DNA from: Tubiluchus corallicola
Taxonomy: Eukaryota > Animalia > Priapulida
Assembly (NCBI GenBank): GCA_030141605.1
Contig: JAQGDQ010000121.1
Span: forward strand, 310,001-374,000
Length of the DNA: 64,000 nt
Direction of reading: 5' to 3'
Of this stretch, positions 27,009-40,153 are shown piece by piece (positions within the stretch are counted from its first letter, which is position 1; every line of letters starts with the position of its first letter). A program made the translations under genes and the position numbers. The notes below the pieces were generated by a model that did no database searches, was not told the DNA's origin, and saw nothing but the letters and a program-made list of their open reading frames with translations.

Positions 27009-30000
27009 TTATAAATCGGTTTCATTTAAGCCCATTTCCTTTAGTCTCACGTGCAGCACATCAAATTTAGTCCTGTCTGTCGGAATCTGTTTCCAGCAAC
27101 CCAACATTGTGTTGTACACGTTCACTGGGCATGACATGGGTTTCATTAGTAAACCCCCTCTGGTGAGATAAACCACAACTTCACTGTCCGCTCGATAGCT
27201 ATATGGCTTCAGGCCGAAACTGAAGATTTCCCATATTAAGACACCAAATGACCAAATGTCGCTGTACTTGGTAAAAAGGTTACTTTTAATTGATTCAGTA
27301 GCCATCCATCGTATTGGCAGAGTTCTTCGTCCAACCTAAAGTTAAAAGCGTACGATTTTTAATATGTTTCTTGGCAGTCATGGTGGAAGAAATCGTGTTG
27401 TTGGAAGAATGTTGGAAGAAATCAATTTTTGGAACACAAAATTGTTGCAGTGATGTTCGAAATTCACAAAAGCGGAATGATGTAGTATCAACAAGTGCAA
27501 TTTCAACAAGAACAAAGGAACAACAATAGTAAAAAAATAGCAACAACAATTACAACAATAATTACGATTACAATGTAATTACAAATGGCAGCAACTGTAA
27601 CTGGGGAAATGGTGGCAAAACAACAACAACAACAGCAACCACAACAAAACATCAACAAAGCCACAGTGGTCTGCAAAGCATAAAACTAGAAGTTACGTCA
27701 ACGAGGACTTACGTCAACTCACCTTAACATAATCACCTGGGTAAAGTTCTTTTGCTATTCCCAAATCCGCTACTTTGACCCTCATGTCCATACCAATAAG
27801 ACAGTTTCTTGCAGCAAGATCTTTGTGAACATATCCCATTCTAGACAGATAGGCCATACCGGAAGCGATTTGTCCACCAATGTTGGTCATATCATTCACT
27901 GACAAAACGTAACTTATTCGTTTAGTCACATAACCAAACAACCCTTTCTTTAACGTCTTGGACATTGTGTCCCGTTTGGACTGATAGAAATTCTTGCGAG
28001 TCTTAGGGGCATTTGCAATAAGGAAGCTCTTTAAGTCGCCAAACTCTATAAACTCGTACACTATTGATGGTTTTTCGTCGTGGACAGCTCCTATGAGTTT
28101 ATGTACATTGGAATGTTCTGCATTTCCTATGCTGACAGCTTGTCTCTCATGTCTAGACCTGCTATGTGCTGCCATTTCCTGTGAAAACTCCTTCACCATG
28201 ACAACCTTTACTGGATCCTTCTCTGATGCACTGCTCAGCTCGGCTTGATACAGCTGTCCAAATCTACCACTGTACAAAAGACAAACATACTTCAAATTTT
28301 TCCTAGAAAGCTCTGTTAAAGGTCTAGTCCTTCGATGAAGACACTCACTTTCAATGGAACTGACAGACTGGGCACTGGTTAAAGAGATGCTGTCATCAGT
28401 GGTCAGTTGGGACAGACGACTAGTGGACAATCGACTGATTTGTAATTTTGTAGCTGGTTCTTCTACCTGCAACATAAATAAAAGTAGATTTGCTCATCAA
28501 TACTTAGGGGTAGATTGAACTATTTTTACTTTGCCTTGCCTTTTGTAGTCATAACGGACAAAAATGGCATCCCAGTATACCATTCTACCCAGAAAAGATT
28601 TTCTACATAATAAAATAATTATAATCGTAAGTTTACAACAGATGCGCAGAACAAATTATCATCCTCCAAAGGCGTTTTTAGTAAAACAAATTAAAGCATT
28701 ATAAAAAAAGGATGATCTTCTGTAAATGGTGCTAGTGGTGCAAAGGGACTCAGTACAGGGGATTCTTGACATTCAGTGGATCATTGAAAGTGCTTAGATT
28801 GTGGATGTTCGATTCATTATCCTTGTGCAATTTTCGCAGCCGTGTATAAAACACACTGCAAGAACTGACTTCTATTAGCTGATGATTCACTGAAGGAATT
28901 GACTCACAAAACTCGCTGAGATCTTACAATTTAGAATTTAGAAACTAATATACATAGAATTTTTAAACAAAGCTTTCTCTCATTAAAAACAAAAGCAGCA
29001 GACGTGTAAAAAATTTAAACTGTCTGAAGCTTTACTTACTTGCATATGTCCAGATCTGTGATTAAGCATACGTATAATGCAACACGTAATGACGGTGATG
29101 GAGAAGGCATAAACAAATGCCAGCACAATAGCAAAAGCTATTAACATATGAACTTTTTCTTTGTCTTCGGATAAAACCGCAAAAAACCTAGTGCAGTTGC
29201 CAGCATCAACTAAAAACAAAAACATGGATGAGTTTCATACTTAGCGCATTTAATTTGTGCTACGCAGTGTACTTACACGTGCCATACCTGGAAAGATTTT
29301 TGTAAGAACGTTTCCATGCATTGCCAAAATATCTCCAAACCAAACGCAATTTTATATATCCAGGCTCCGTCCCAGCTTCTTCACATTCCGTCTATTTCAA
29401 GCAAGTTTGGCTTTGAAATTCAATATTTGTGGGTGTGCTTCATTGAGAAAACATGTTTAATCATTTCATTTGTTTTAGAATCCACCTGACATGAATGATA
29501 ATGAAACAATCTGTGCTATAATGGCTTTCTTGTGAATTTCTGAATTTGGGAATTGTTTTGTTTTTCGAACGAGCTATAACAGCTAGAAAGATGACATTTT
29601 TAATCTTATTATTTTCTCAAAGCCTAACTATTGATTTTGCCAGTTTATGTTAATAAATGACTTTATGAAAAGGGCTTCAACGTAATCACTTACCTAAAGG
29701 TGAAAATGGAATTGCTTTACTTCTGGTCCCATTGCCAAATTCGTTAATGGGGGTGATAATAATGTGGTATGTTAAGAATGGATTCAAATGATCAAGATCA
29801 ATATTCAGCTGATACTGCTCAGTAAAAATCATTGTTGTGTCGTTGTCGCCAGCATCATAAGACACTATAAACCACGTTTTTGCAGCACTAGTAACATCAT
29901 TCAAAGACGTTTGAGAAAATACTGTTTCATAGTCCCACAACACAATCAGCGAATCACACCCAGGATCGATGACTGCACTGACATTAGTGGCCATCCAGTA

Positions 30001-31387
30001 TGGTGCTACAAAGAATGAAAATAAAAATTTGTATGAGTTTTATAGGATATCTATTATCACATCTATTATGACACAACATTATTAACTTTATTAAAATTAA
30101 TCTTGTTTTATGATTACTTATTGCAACCGAACAAACGCCGTGATTTGCATTGACAAGTAGCTACATACTGCTGACATCATGCTCATGTACTTCTTGGTTG
30201 AGCTCAATAATTTATTTTCCTTACCATCACTATCAAGCTTGGTAATTTATCATAAGAAGACATCGCCATAAGCCACTTCAACAAAACAAGAGGCTCATCT
30301 TGTGACTATTCACCCGAGTTTATTGAAAAAAACCTTAGAAGTGACAAATATTTAAATCTGGTTGAAGTTTAGAAATAATCCCACTCTACTAAACTAAAAA
30401 CGGCCTTTTTGGGCTTTCGTATAGCTTATTCAGGGCAGAAAGTTAATGAAAAACGTTTTGTTACCCTAATGTTGTGATCAGGACATTATGTAGATCGCCA
30501 AAAATTTTATCTATGTGCAGCACTTGAAATTTATTTTGCACTCTATACCAGTAATGGTGATTGTGATAGTTGGAGCTCCCTCCCCCCCCCCCCTCCCCCC
30601 CATGGCTTACTGGACTAATTTCTGGACAACCAACGATGCACGTATTTTTATACAGTTAATCTGTTAAACCAAACGGGTATTGATTAAATCAGCATTTCTG
30701 ATTTGTTAATGAAAGCAGTGGGACAGAGTTTTGGTAGATGCATGTTTACTGAATTGTATTCGTTCCTGCCTTATAGGTGTGAATACCTTAATGAGGACTG
30801 GAAGTGCAAAATGCGCTCCAATACATTTCAGCGCATTGCGCGTTTTTATTCCCATTAAAGGTGTTAACTGTGAGGAGTTGTACTTACGGCACAAACTAAA
30901 ATTTCCGTCACTGATAACTTCAACGATGAATTGTTGTTCTAAGTAGTTATCCAAGCACGTAAGCTGTGAGTAATCCACCATTAGTAAGTCCGAATAGATG
31001 AACAGCCACTCAGCCAGAGAAACTATTGCGCAGTTACATAACCAAGGGTTTCCTTCCAGAAGCCTGGACAACATTAAACATTTGACATTCTTGTGTGTAA
31101 ATGACGACACTCTAGATTAATTAACAGTACCTTAATAATATTATTCTTTTGTTGTACTATCATAGCATATTGATGCAGCATTACAACTTGTTGCTCGTGC
31201 CTCAAAATTTTGATACTCGCAAAACAACTATGAATTTAGATATTATTTGGATGAAAGGCGTATAAGGATGCGACTGCAATTAGTTGATCATTCCTAATTT
31301 ATATACATAAGATCTGAGCAGAAACTGCATGTTAATTTAACAAAATCATCTCGGCTTACCTAATGAACATACAGTCTTGTCCCGACC

Positions 31388-31425
<38 letters not shown>

Positions 31426-34400
31426 TTTAACCAAAGGCTCTGCGTGGGTGGGATGCTTTTAAAAAATCCACGTGGCTATATAAGTGTCGTAATTAAATAA
31501 GCTGCAACTTAAGCTAACTTATTAAAAACGGACTGCTTCAATTATTCTAGCCAATCGGTCAGTTTTATAGTTCCATGTTTCTGCTTTTATAAGCTTCAGC
31601 ACTATCACATCGAAACCAGTCAAGAACTAAACTATAGTAACCACTAGCCATGTAAATAAATTTATTTTCACTGTTCATTTATTTGACGTTTTTGGCTATA
31701 TTCAACAGACTACGCAGATCGTCCAATTACAATATTCGTATGACAATGTCTGTTATGCTTACAGTATTCGTAAAGTTTGCAACGGTAGACTATTCAGAAC
31801 GCTGAGCGACATTGAAGTTAAATCATTGTCCATTAGGTTCCTGAAAATATTTCAGCTACATTAATCTTTAATTTGCACGACAATGATGATGATGAAGATC
31901 GTGATCATGATCACAGTGATGACAATGATGATGATGACAATAACGATAACGATGGTCATAAATGTAATGGTTGTGGTGGTAATGATAATGATGATCAGAT
32001 GATGATAATGATGATGACGATAATAAAGAAAAAACACCGGCGTTAACAAACACATCAATAGTCACAATTATGAACGAAAACGAAGAAAATGAGAGAGCAA
32101 AAAAGAGAATGCAAACGTGAGTATCCAAAAAATCAATTTTATTTTGGTTAAATGTTTCAAAAGGCTCAAACAACTAAGGTGGCATTTACTTATTGCCAAA
32201 CGTGCCATGAACATGATTATGTGAAATGAGGTGGCTACGCAATGCTTAGCTTGGCTACTAAACAGATGACCGCTGAGAACAGAACACTGATCATGGATGC
32301 CTTCCATTTCTTTCGATCTGTAGTGAATATACATCAAAACATAACTAACCCACTTTTGCTTGTTCAATGTATTATCTCAGCAACGTATCCTTGAAAATTA
32401 GCAAGTTTGTAAGGTTCTGGTCCTGCACAGTCATCTATAATCATACTCATCACAGCCTTTATATTCATCATAAGCTAGTGTAGGCTGCAGCCTGGGACCC
32501 CTCAAGCTTTGGTAACATGTGGTAAAAGATCTGTTGTGATAAATATGTGCTAATTTGGTTTGCAATAAATAGTAATTAGTGGTATTTCTTAAAGAAAATT
32601 TATATTGATAAGCAAAAGATAGCTATTCTAGTTTATTTAAAGAATTTGCAACAAGTTTACTTCAAGCTATGTAAATGCCGCTAAAATATGTTGCGAGTAA
32701 AAAATATTAAAGAGGGGCCGGCGAGTTAGAAGGTGGCTCCATCTAAGGGGCCCCCATAATTTCATTAGTCTGGAAGCTCCAAAGAGCATAATCCGACTAT
32801 GACCCTTACGGATACCGGCTTGCGATGTGCCAAAATGCACACAAAACATCGCTAACACTGTAGTCATATAAAATTTCAAGAAAGTAAGAACAATAATAAC
32901 GATTGTAGCAGCAACAGTAGAAGCACAACAATAAGAATAATGACAAAATCTATAACACCACCAGCACTGTCAAAAATAACAGCGAGCAAGAACAGTAGTA
33001 ATAGCAACAATAACAGTAGTAATGACAACCGCAACAAACAGAGACATAACAAGGACAACCAGCAGCAGCTGCAAGTACAGCGTGTAGCAACTACAGCAAC
33101 AATAACTAACACGGATGACGGCTGCTGCCGCGGCAGCTGTGGCAAAACAAGGGCATTAGAATCACCAACAGCAACGACGAAGGCGGCGACGACAACAACA
33201 ACAACTACTACTACTACAGGATCAACAACAACTAGGTGAAAATTTGAAAAAATAAATAATAGTTCATGTCTGAAGAAAAATAAAGTTGAATTGGTTTAAT
33301 ACTTAGGTTTATTTAATTTTGACTATAAATATAACTTTAACCAATCTAAACTTTAAATAGCTTACAAATATTGCAATCTTAGAAGATCGTCAAAAATTCC
33401 ATCGGGCAACGAATTGAGTTTATTGTTCTGTAAATTTCTGAAAAACAAAAAAATTCTTTCATCATTTCTAAAACAAATGTTTAAATAATCGTTCATCATC
33501 ATTAGGTTAGCAGAATTATTTGAAAATTCGGTGCTAATAGTCTAGTCACACTAAAATGGTTCATTCACTGTATTGAACGGCCATACATGAACAAAATTCC
33601 TTCTGCCCTCCACGTTTCAAACGGATGCAGCAGTTTGGCAATAAACCGCTCCTCTTACAATACTCTAGCTTCATCCGTGCTGTTTAATGGGCTAGTATAA
33701 ATATTGATAGCTTCTCAGACTCCAGATGAAATGAACAGATTGTGAAAATAAATACAGGCGCATGCAGATTTAGAACAAAAATAGCTACAGTAGACTCGGT
33801 GAGGATAGTGGTAGTACTTAATACTGCTCAAACAAAACCTTGTGGCGATTTGTGTTTCTTAAATGCTACTATAATATTGCGCTCAAGCGTAGCTTCATGT
33901 ATGTGAAATATACGTTGATATCAAAGTCTCGAACGTTTAAAAAAATGGCAGCTGTAAGCGATTTATTTGCATTAAATTTCTCTGTACAAAATTTATTTTT
34001 AGCAAGAACCAAATCAAGCCAGGCTAGACGCCTTTAAGCACCCATTCCCTTTTAGAAGCAATTTATTTTAGAATTTCCTCAACGCGACGTTTTACACGAA
34101 GAAGCAATTTGAAAGCTGGTCGGTTTTCGCGAAATTCTGAAAGCTTAATTGCAATAATTATAAATGTCCTTGCCATGTTTTCATACAATTCTTACCCAAA
34201 GCTATTATTACTACAGAAACTTCTATCGTAGTCAAGCCTTTGAAAACGTGATGAAAAAGAGAAAAGTGATGAAAACTTGGTGTTGGTCAAACTAGCTTCG
34301 AGTGACGAAATTTCAATAACGATCTTTGTAGGGCAAACAATTTTGATGATTCTACTGTTCTAAATTTCTCAGTTATATATTATGCAAACATACAACACAT

Positions 34401-37400
34401 TCATTCACATGATATTGAATCTAACGAATCTTCAGTCTCTCAGGGGTTTTACGGCTTATTATTACCGTACCTTACACTAAACACTGACTGGAAACTTTAT
34501 CTGTTGTTGAACTGTTAAATAGTCAACATGCAGGAAATGAAATAACTTTCATTCTACATTAAATATTTATTTTAAACCGTACGTCTGACTTCCCAAATGC
34601 ATTCTGCAACTTAGTCCCTGGACGACTCTGACGTCGTAGATTTTGCGGGTTATTATTTTAAGTCTTTCAAATAAATGCGGATCTTAAAAAAGCAGCATTC
34701 CGAAATGGAATCGTTTACAGAGTGCAATGTAAACAATCATACTTGTTGACTAATGTCAACTGTTGACAGATACAACTGAGCCGAATGACTAGGTTAAATT
34801 CACCGGAATATATGGGGCTTAAACAAATTCCATACTGAAAGATATTTCAAGCTTACAAGACTGCAACGAGTGCCTAATTGTCTCATTAGAAAAAGTCTAC
34901 GGGCTAGGCAACTCTGCTAACTAAAACAACATCTCTAAACTCGAGAGTTTTTTTGAGAAATCGGAAATTTGTGTCAAGCATATGATGCACATCTGCGAAG
35001 TATAAACATTTTAAACCAGTACCACATCCGTTTAGCAAAAAATTTTGTGACTTCTTTTCTTAGCTGAATTAGTGAATAAATATAAGTACAAAAACGTATT
35101 TCACACAAAAAGGTATTAAAAGTAGTAAGAGCACAAAGAATACACATAACACGTAAAAACAAAATTTGCTTCTGTACCCTCCAAGGCTTATGAACTTAGT
35201 ACGTTACTAACTTGGCTCACTTGACACCTGCGACGCCATGGTTCAATTATCAGTCGACTTTAAAAATTTAACCGCCAATTCAAGGCTTCTCCCAACTTGG
35301 ACGACACTATGTGCTAACCCACAACTTAAAATATCATTTCTCGGCAAGAAACTCATGCAGAAAAGCTCATTATAATATTTTTTCAGTAAATAGTATTCAT
35401 TTTTTCCTGTTGTAACTCAGCATTTTGTAAATTTGGAGCAGCTTCTGTGCCTGGCTTCACTTGGCTTCTCTGATTGCTTGTTTTTGTTTAGAGACATCTT
35501 AGACAAGATCTCATCCTGTAAGATGCCGCTTGTTCTCTGCTAAGCAAATATTTACACAAAATCACCCGTCTGGAAACACTATATGAGAGAACTCTTTCAG
35601 TGACAGAAAACTTTGTAAACTTGCGGCACTACATATTTGCCATATTTGTGTCACAAACGGGTAGCGAGGCAGGCTGTATACATACTTAATGCATATAAAT
35701 GGCAATGTTATGGACAAATGGACAAGTAAATTTCACTTTACTTATCTTGTAATAGTGGTTTTACCTGACCAGGTATTCCACTGGACACAATACAGACACG
35801 TGACCGTAACGCAGCTTAGGTAAATTAATTTTTGATGCATAGTTTTGTACATCTAGAGCAAACTTTATACTTTTTGCTTACAGATGTTGCATCCTTTTAG
35901 CAGTTTTGCGAGCTAAATACACCATGGACGCGTCCTTATTCCAAAATCTGTTCAAGCTTTACACGTTTGACCCTATCAAGCATTTCATGTTAGTCTGTCG
36001 ATAATATCCAGACTTTACCTGTTCGCTGGATTTACTTATATTTAAACGGTTTAAAAGATAGACTGCAACCAATGTAACACAAGAACAGTATTTTCGCAGG
36101 TCCATATTTTTCGACGTATTCGCAAGTAATAATAAAAACTATAAAACACATCAAAGCTACTTAATAAATCATTTAGCTTTGCAAACTTAAAATACACCAC
36201 TACATATATAAAGACTTACAGATACGTCAAATTGTATAGTCCATCGAAAGCGCCACGTTCCAATGTGTCTATCTCATTGTTATCTAAAAAGCTAAATTAC
36301 AAAGCAAAATGGCGTTATTAAGGGATTTCAGGTGTGATGGGGTGATAATTTATCTGTACGTGATAAAAATAATAAAATTTCGCAGAATATAAAATAAGTA
36401 ATAAGCAGTAAATCCAATAGAAGACTTCAACAAATCAAATACAGAAACTCAGTGTACATCAAAAAAAGCCAATTAAAGATGTGACGAAGTTCCCTATTAT
36501 ATTTTCCCAATCAACATAGCTGTGTGGCAGTGAGTGCAAAAACAAAATTAATGTAAGACTAAATCAAAAATCTTGACTCATATTCTAATTTGGTTATTTT
36601 TGATTATGATCCTAATGACGGAAAAGTTGTTGTTGTTTCTCAACAGCGACAGTGACAGTGCCACCATCACTGCAATCTACATTCTATTTTTATCAATTAA
36701 CATAAAATTAAAAACTCGGTAAAGCGCAAAATACGGCGTGCAAAGCACAGTGATATAGCGAATGTAAAGATAAAATGTAAGACAATTCTCATCTACAAGC
36801 CTAGTTCACTTAAAAACGGAATTGTTTATGCTGCTATAGTCGCCGCTGCCATTACCGTTTCTGTCGCTTAGTATGAAGTAATATGCCAGGTTTCTTCAAA
36901 TCATCAGAAAAAAGTACTGGCGTGATTTTTGAGCACTTTATGTTTTACTATCTACAGCTTGTACAAAGTGTTAATTACAAATTGTTGTTAATTAAACCAT
37001 TGATTATCTCATTCGTGGCCTTCTCTTCCTCTGATTGCTACTTAACTGGCTTCTCCTCGTATGCAACGTAGGCTTACAATCTATACCAAAATTTCAGCAC
37101 TGTCAGGCTTGTACTCGTCGATAACGATGGATCAGCCTTTTAGCCTATACTATACTTGAGCATCTGCTGAGCATCCTCACCAACACGTGCTCTTACAGAT
37201 GTTTTCTCAACAATCTTTTCAGAGGAGAAAAATGAGTAGGACCCAATTCATTAACAAGGCGCAATTTTACCAGTAAACCGCTGATGTTCAGTGATTTAAC
37301 TGCAAGCCAACATTTGAAAATGTAGGCTAAGCAGTGCGTGTGGTCACGTTTTTTGCACGCATGGGCGCAAACATTGGCCGCAACGTAAATCAACATTATT

Positions 37401-40153
37401 TTGCTGAGATAATGTGTTAATAGATTTATTTAACTCGGTTTTAATACATAGTAGCGTTGGTAACAGAGACTTCATAGCGAGCTTAATAGGCGATGTTTTA
37501 CTGGTCCCTTCTAACTAGTATAAAACTTAAACTTGTGCAATAGCTTTTATGTGGAAAATACATTTCTATATGGCGTATTTTTAAAAAGAACCAGCTAAGC
37601 CGTAGAGATTGTGCAAGCAAATCACGACAGCGAAGCTTTATAAGTATGCGTATTCTAACAGCATTATAGCTTTAGTTTATTTTAAATACTAAACTTCCAC
37701 AGAAAGCAAATTATAAAAAAAACAAATGTTAAATTAACTTACAGTTGATTTAAACTTATTAGAGATTGAAAACTTTTCGTTTCGATCAGTTTTAATCCAT
37801 TTTTGCTCACATCTCTGAAAAATTGAACAGTTTTGATGTAAATTATAGTTTTAGAACTATAAATTTTGCCATAAGAGGACATTGCGTACAAACGATGCAA
37901 CATTTATGCTGAAAATGTGATTATATCTTGGAGCTCTATAGCCCAATACCATAGTTTATTTACATTCTTTACGTCAAGTATCAACTCATTTTTACGTAAA
38001 ATCTCACAATATTATTCACAAAAAATTTATTGCAAACGATAACGTTTTGAGAAAGCGCTTTCTGAAGAGAAATCTGATCTTCAGATCAATAATCTAAAAA
38101 ATTGTGAAATTTAAATGCAGAGATATAATTATAATAATGACAATTTAGAAAAAAAATTAGACAAGAGTTGCCTAAATATATGGAAATTGTTGTAAATATT
38201 TTTTATAAATGATATAGTGGGGTTTTACGTAAAAATAAAATTGGCTTCTCTTCTGTAGCATTCATTATACTTAGTCACAACGTACAGAGAACGAAGATCC
38301 GATAACTTCGACTTGGTAAAGTCTACTGTCTTAATTTCGGAGAGATTGCTGTCTTGAAATTTTCTGTAAAATTCAAAGTATTCACAGTATTTTACAAAAC
38401 AAAAAGCTGGTCTAAAGGGCAAAGCTTATTTAGGATGAACAATTTAAACTTCTAGGGTTCAAATATTATACAAAATATTTTTTACCTGGACTGTTAAAAT
38501 TGTTTAGTTACAATAACTATACACATTATCTAAGGTTTTTAACTACGTGGATCATAAAAAAGCCGTAAAGCATAAAACAAAGATATCAGTTATTTGTTTA
38601 ACATTTGTCATGACGCGAACCTGCGACCTATAAATTCTTGTTCAACGCCTCTACCGAACTATGACCATGTTTTAAGGAACTATAAATGAGTTGTGCTGGG
38701 CTCACTTCGATGTTAAAAGTGAATGAAAACTAGTGTAATATTTAGTAAAGTGTATTGTTCTAAAATATAGAAGCAGGAAGACGTGAGTCAAATTATTGTG
38801 GATAAATAGACCTGAAAAGGCATTTCATTGTTGCACTCAACTCCAATACTGTAGTAAATTTTAGAAAGATTTAAAAGAAAAGTAAGCGAAATTGCAAAAA
38901 AAAAATTTGACGGACTGAACACAATCGTCTAAATGACAGACTATCATCTAAATAAAGAAGCTAATGTTCAATTGAATACCTCTGTAAAGCGACAAAATTT
39001 TAGATTCAACGGATGCTATAAACAATTAGAAAGAATTGGCGACAAAAGGTTATTACCTACTGCTACAACCTAACTTCTTTTAAAAAAAATTGACGTTGAT
39101 ATAACGGGCTTTTACTATGTTTTCACTGGGTTTAATTAAGCAATCAACAAAGACTGGAAAATCTGAGCGCGAAGTGACTGAGCATCAAATGAGAAAAATT
39201 TGTTTTTACGTGAACTGACGCGTCGCAATCTGCTGACCAAGCTCACACTAATGGGTAGCATCTAAAACCAAACGAAAAGTCTGAGCAAAGTTTGCTGTTC
39301 AGTTTTCTTTTGAACTTCAGTTCAATAATGGAATGTCATTCTTGCACGTATTTATCCGTATTTATTTGACTCACCTCTTTTTTCAGTTTATAGGTAATCT
39401 ACTAATGCCAAACTTTATTAACAGCATTTTAGTAAATTTCTAATATTAAATTGAGCTTAATTTAAGCTTTGTTCCTGAGGGTATAGTTCCTTAGAACTAG
39501 TTAGGTTTTTAATTTTACATCAGACTCATTTTCTCTTCATATAATACCACTGAACCACACATTGTATAAGTAGCTTTAAGTTAAAAAATTCCAATAAAGA
39601 CAACATATGTTAAATTAAATGGAGGACATTATACTTTCTCACCACATTACTTCATTAATCGGGTTTTAACCGTATCCACATGTAAATTAAATTAACACAT
39701 AATTAAACAGTAATTCGAATTTTCTGTTATTGCTTTTCATCACGATAATTTTTTGTAAATCTCTTGATTCTGGCAACATACCTCTATTCCTCATTCTCCT
39801 GCTTGTCTGTTTAACGCACCACAAACATTTTACCTAAATTCAGTTTCTAGTCAATCACAAACTGAGAAAAGAAGCAAAATATACAGTGCCCTGTCACAAG
39901 AAATAATGTAAAGACTTGAATAAGAAATATAAATCAATAAAATAATTTAAAGATTTTATACATACAGATTTTCCGTATCATGTGGAACATTATCAGGCAC
40001 ATCATTCACTCCCAAGCAGATGACATCAACTATTTCATCTGTGATGACAATACATACTCTATGTACTTCAAGACTAGAAACATGTTTGCTCAATATATAT
40101 GCACAAGCTACAACAAACGGAAAATGAAACAAAGCAAATAACGAAAAGCCCAT
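27009..40153 (-). CDS. Receptor tyrosine kinase-like protein, >=762 aa: signal peptide-LRRNT-~5 LRR-LRRCT-FN3-TM-tyrosine kinase domain of ROR/Trk/MuSK type (probable pseudokinase)
   Basis: Minus-strand exons: 40153-39966 (signal peptide + VICLGVNDVPDNVPHDTENL), 38363-38286, 37814-37743 (DVSKNGLKLIETKSFQSLISLNQL), 36291-36220 (FLDNNEIDTLERGAFDGLYNLTYL), 33437-33366 (NLQNNKLNSLPDGIFDDLLRLQYL), 31840-31763, 31063-30888 (LEGNPWLCNC, LRRCT), 30005-29694 (FN3: LIVLW..LNPFLTYHIIITPINEFGNG), 29209-29040 (TM), 28466-27723 (VMVK..HKDLAARNCLI..KVADLG), 27335-27009 (LPIRWMATE..SDIWSFGVLIWEIFSFG..CW). All junctions are GT-AG; LRR exons are 72/78 nt in phase 2; total 2289 nt in frame. Additional LRR exons may have been missed. 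Confidence 0.9.
31392..31420. repeat. (TA)n microsatellite
   Basis: Directly visible. Confidence 0.9.
32880..33235. repeat. Cryptic (CAA/CAG/ACT)-type trinucleotide low-complexity tract; similar tracts at ~27530-27660, 31880-32020, 45080-45220, 54280-54425, 63030-63150
   Basis: Degenerate trinucleotide periodicity that yields low-complexity ORFs on both strands. Confidence 0.8.
38608..38666 (-). repeat. Possible tRNA-derived SINE head (degenerate)
   Basis: Reverse complement reads TAGTTCGGTAGAGGCG..GGTCGCAGGTTCGCGTC, resembling Pol III A and B boxes at tRNA-like spacing. No full cloverleaf. Isolated B-box-like motifs also occur near 46353-46363 (GGTTCGAATCC, minus strand) and ~63258-63270. 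Confidence 0.35.

Noticed and set aside
27009-28466. Naming the kinase ROR1/ROR2 or Trk
   Set aside because: Kinase motifs are ROR-like but no Fz, Kringle or Ig exons were found; orthology needs a phylogeny.
34196-34295. HHVFKGLTTIEV LRR-like peptide on the minus strand
   Set aside because: No consistent phase-2 72-nt exon with valid splice sites.
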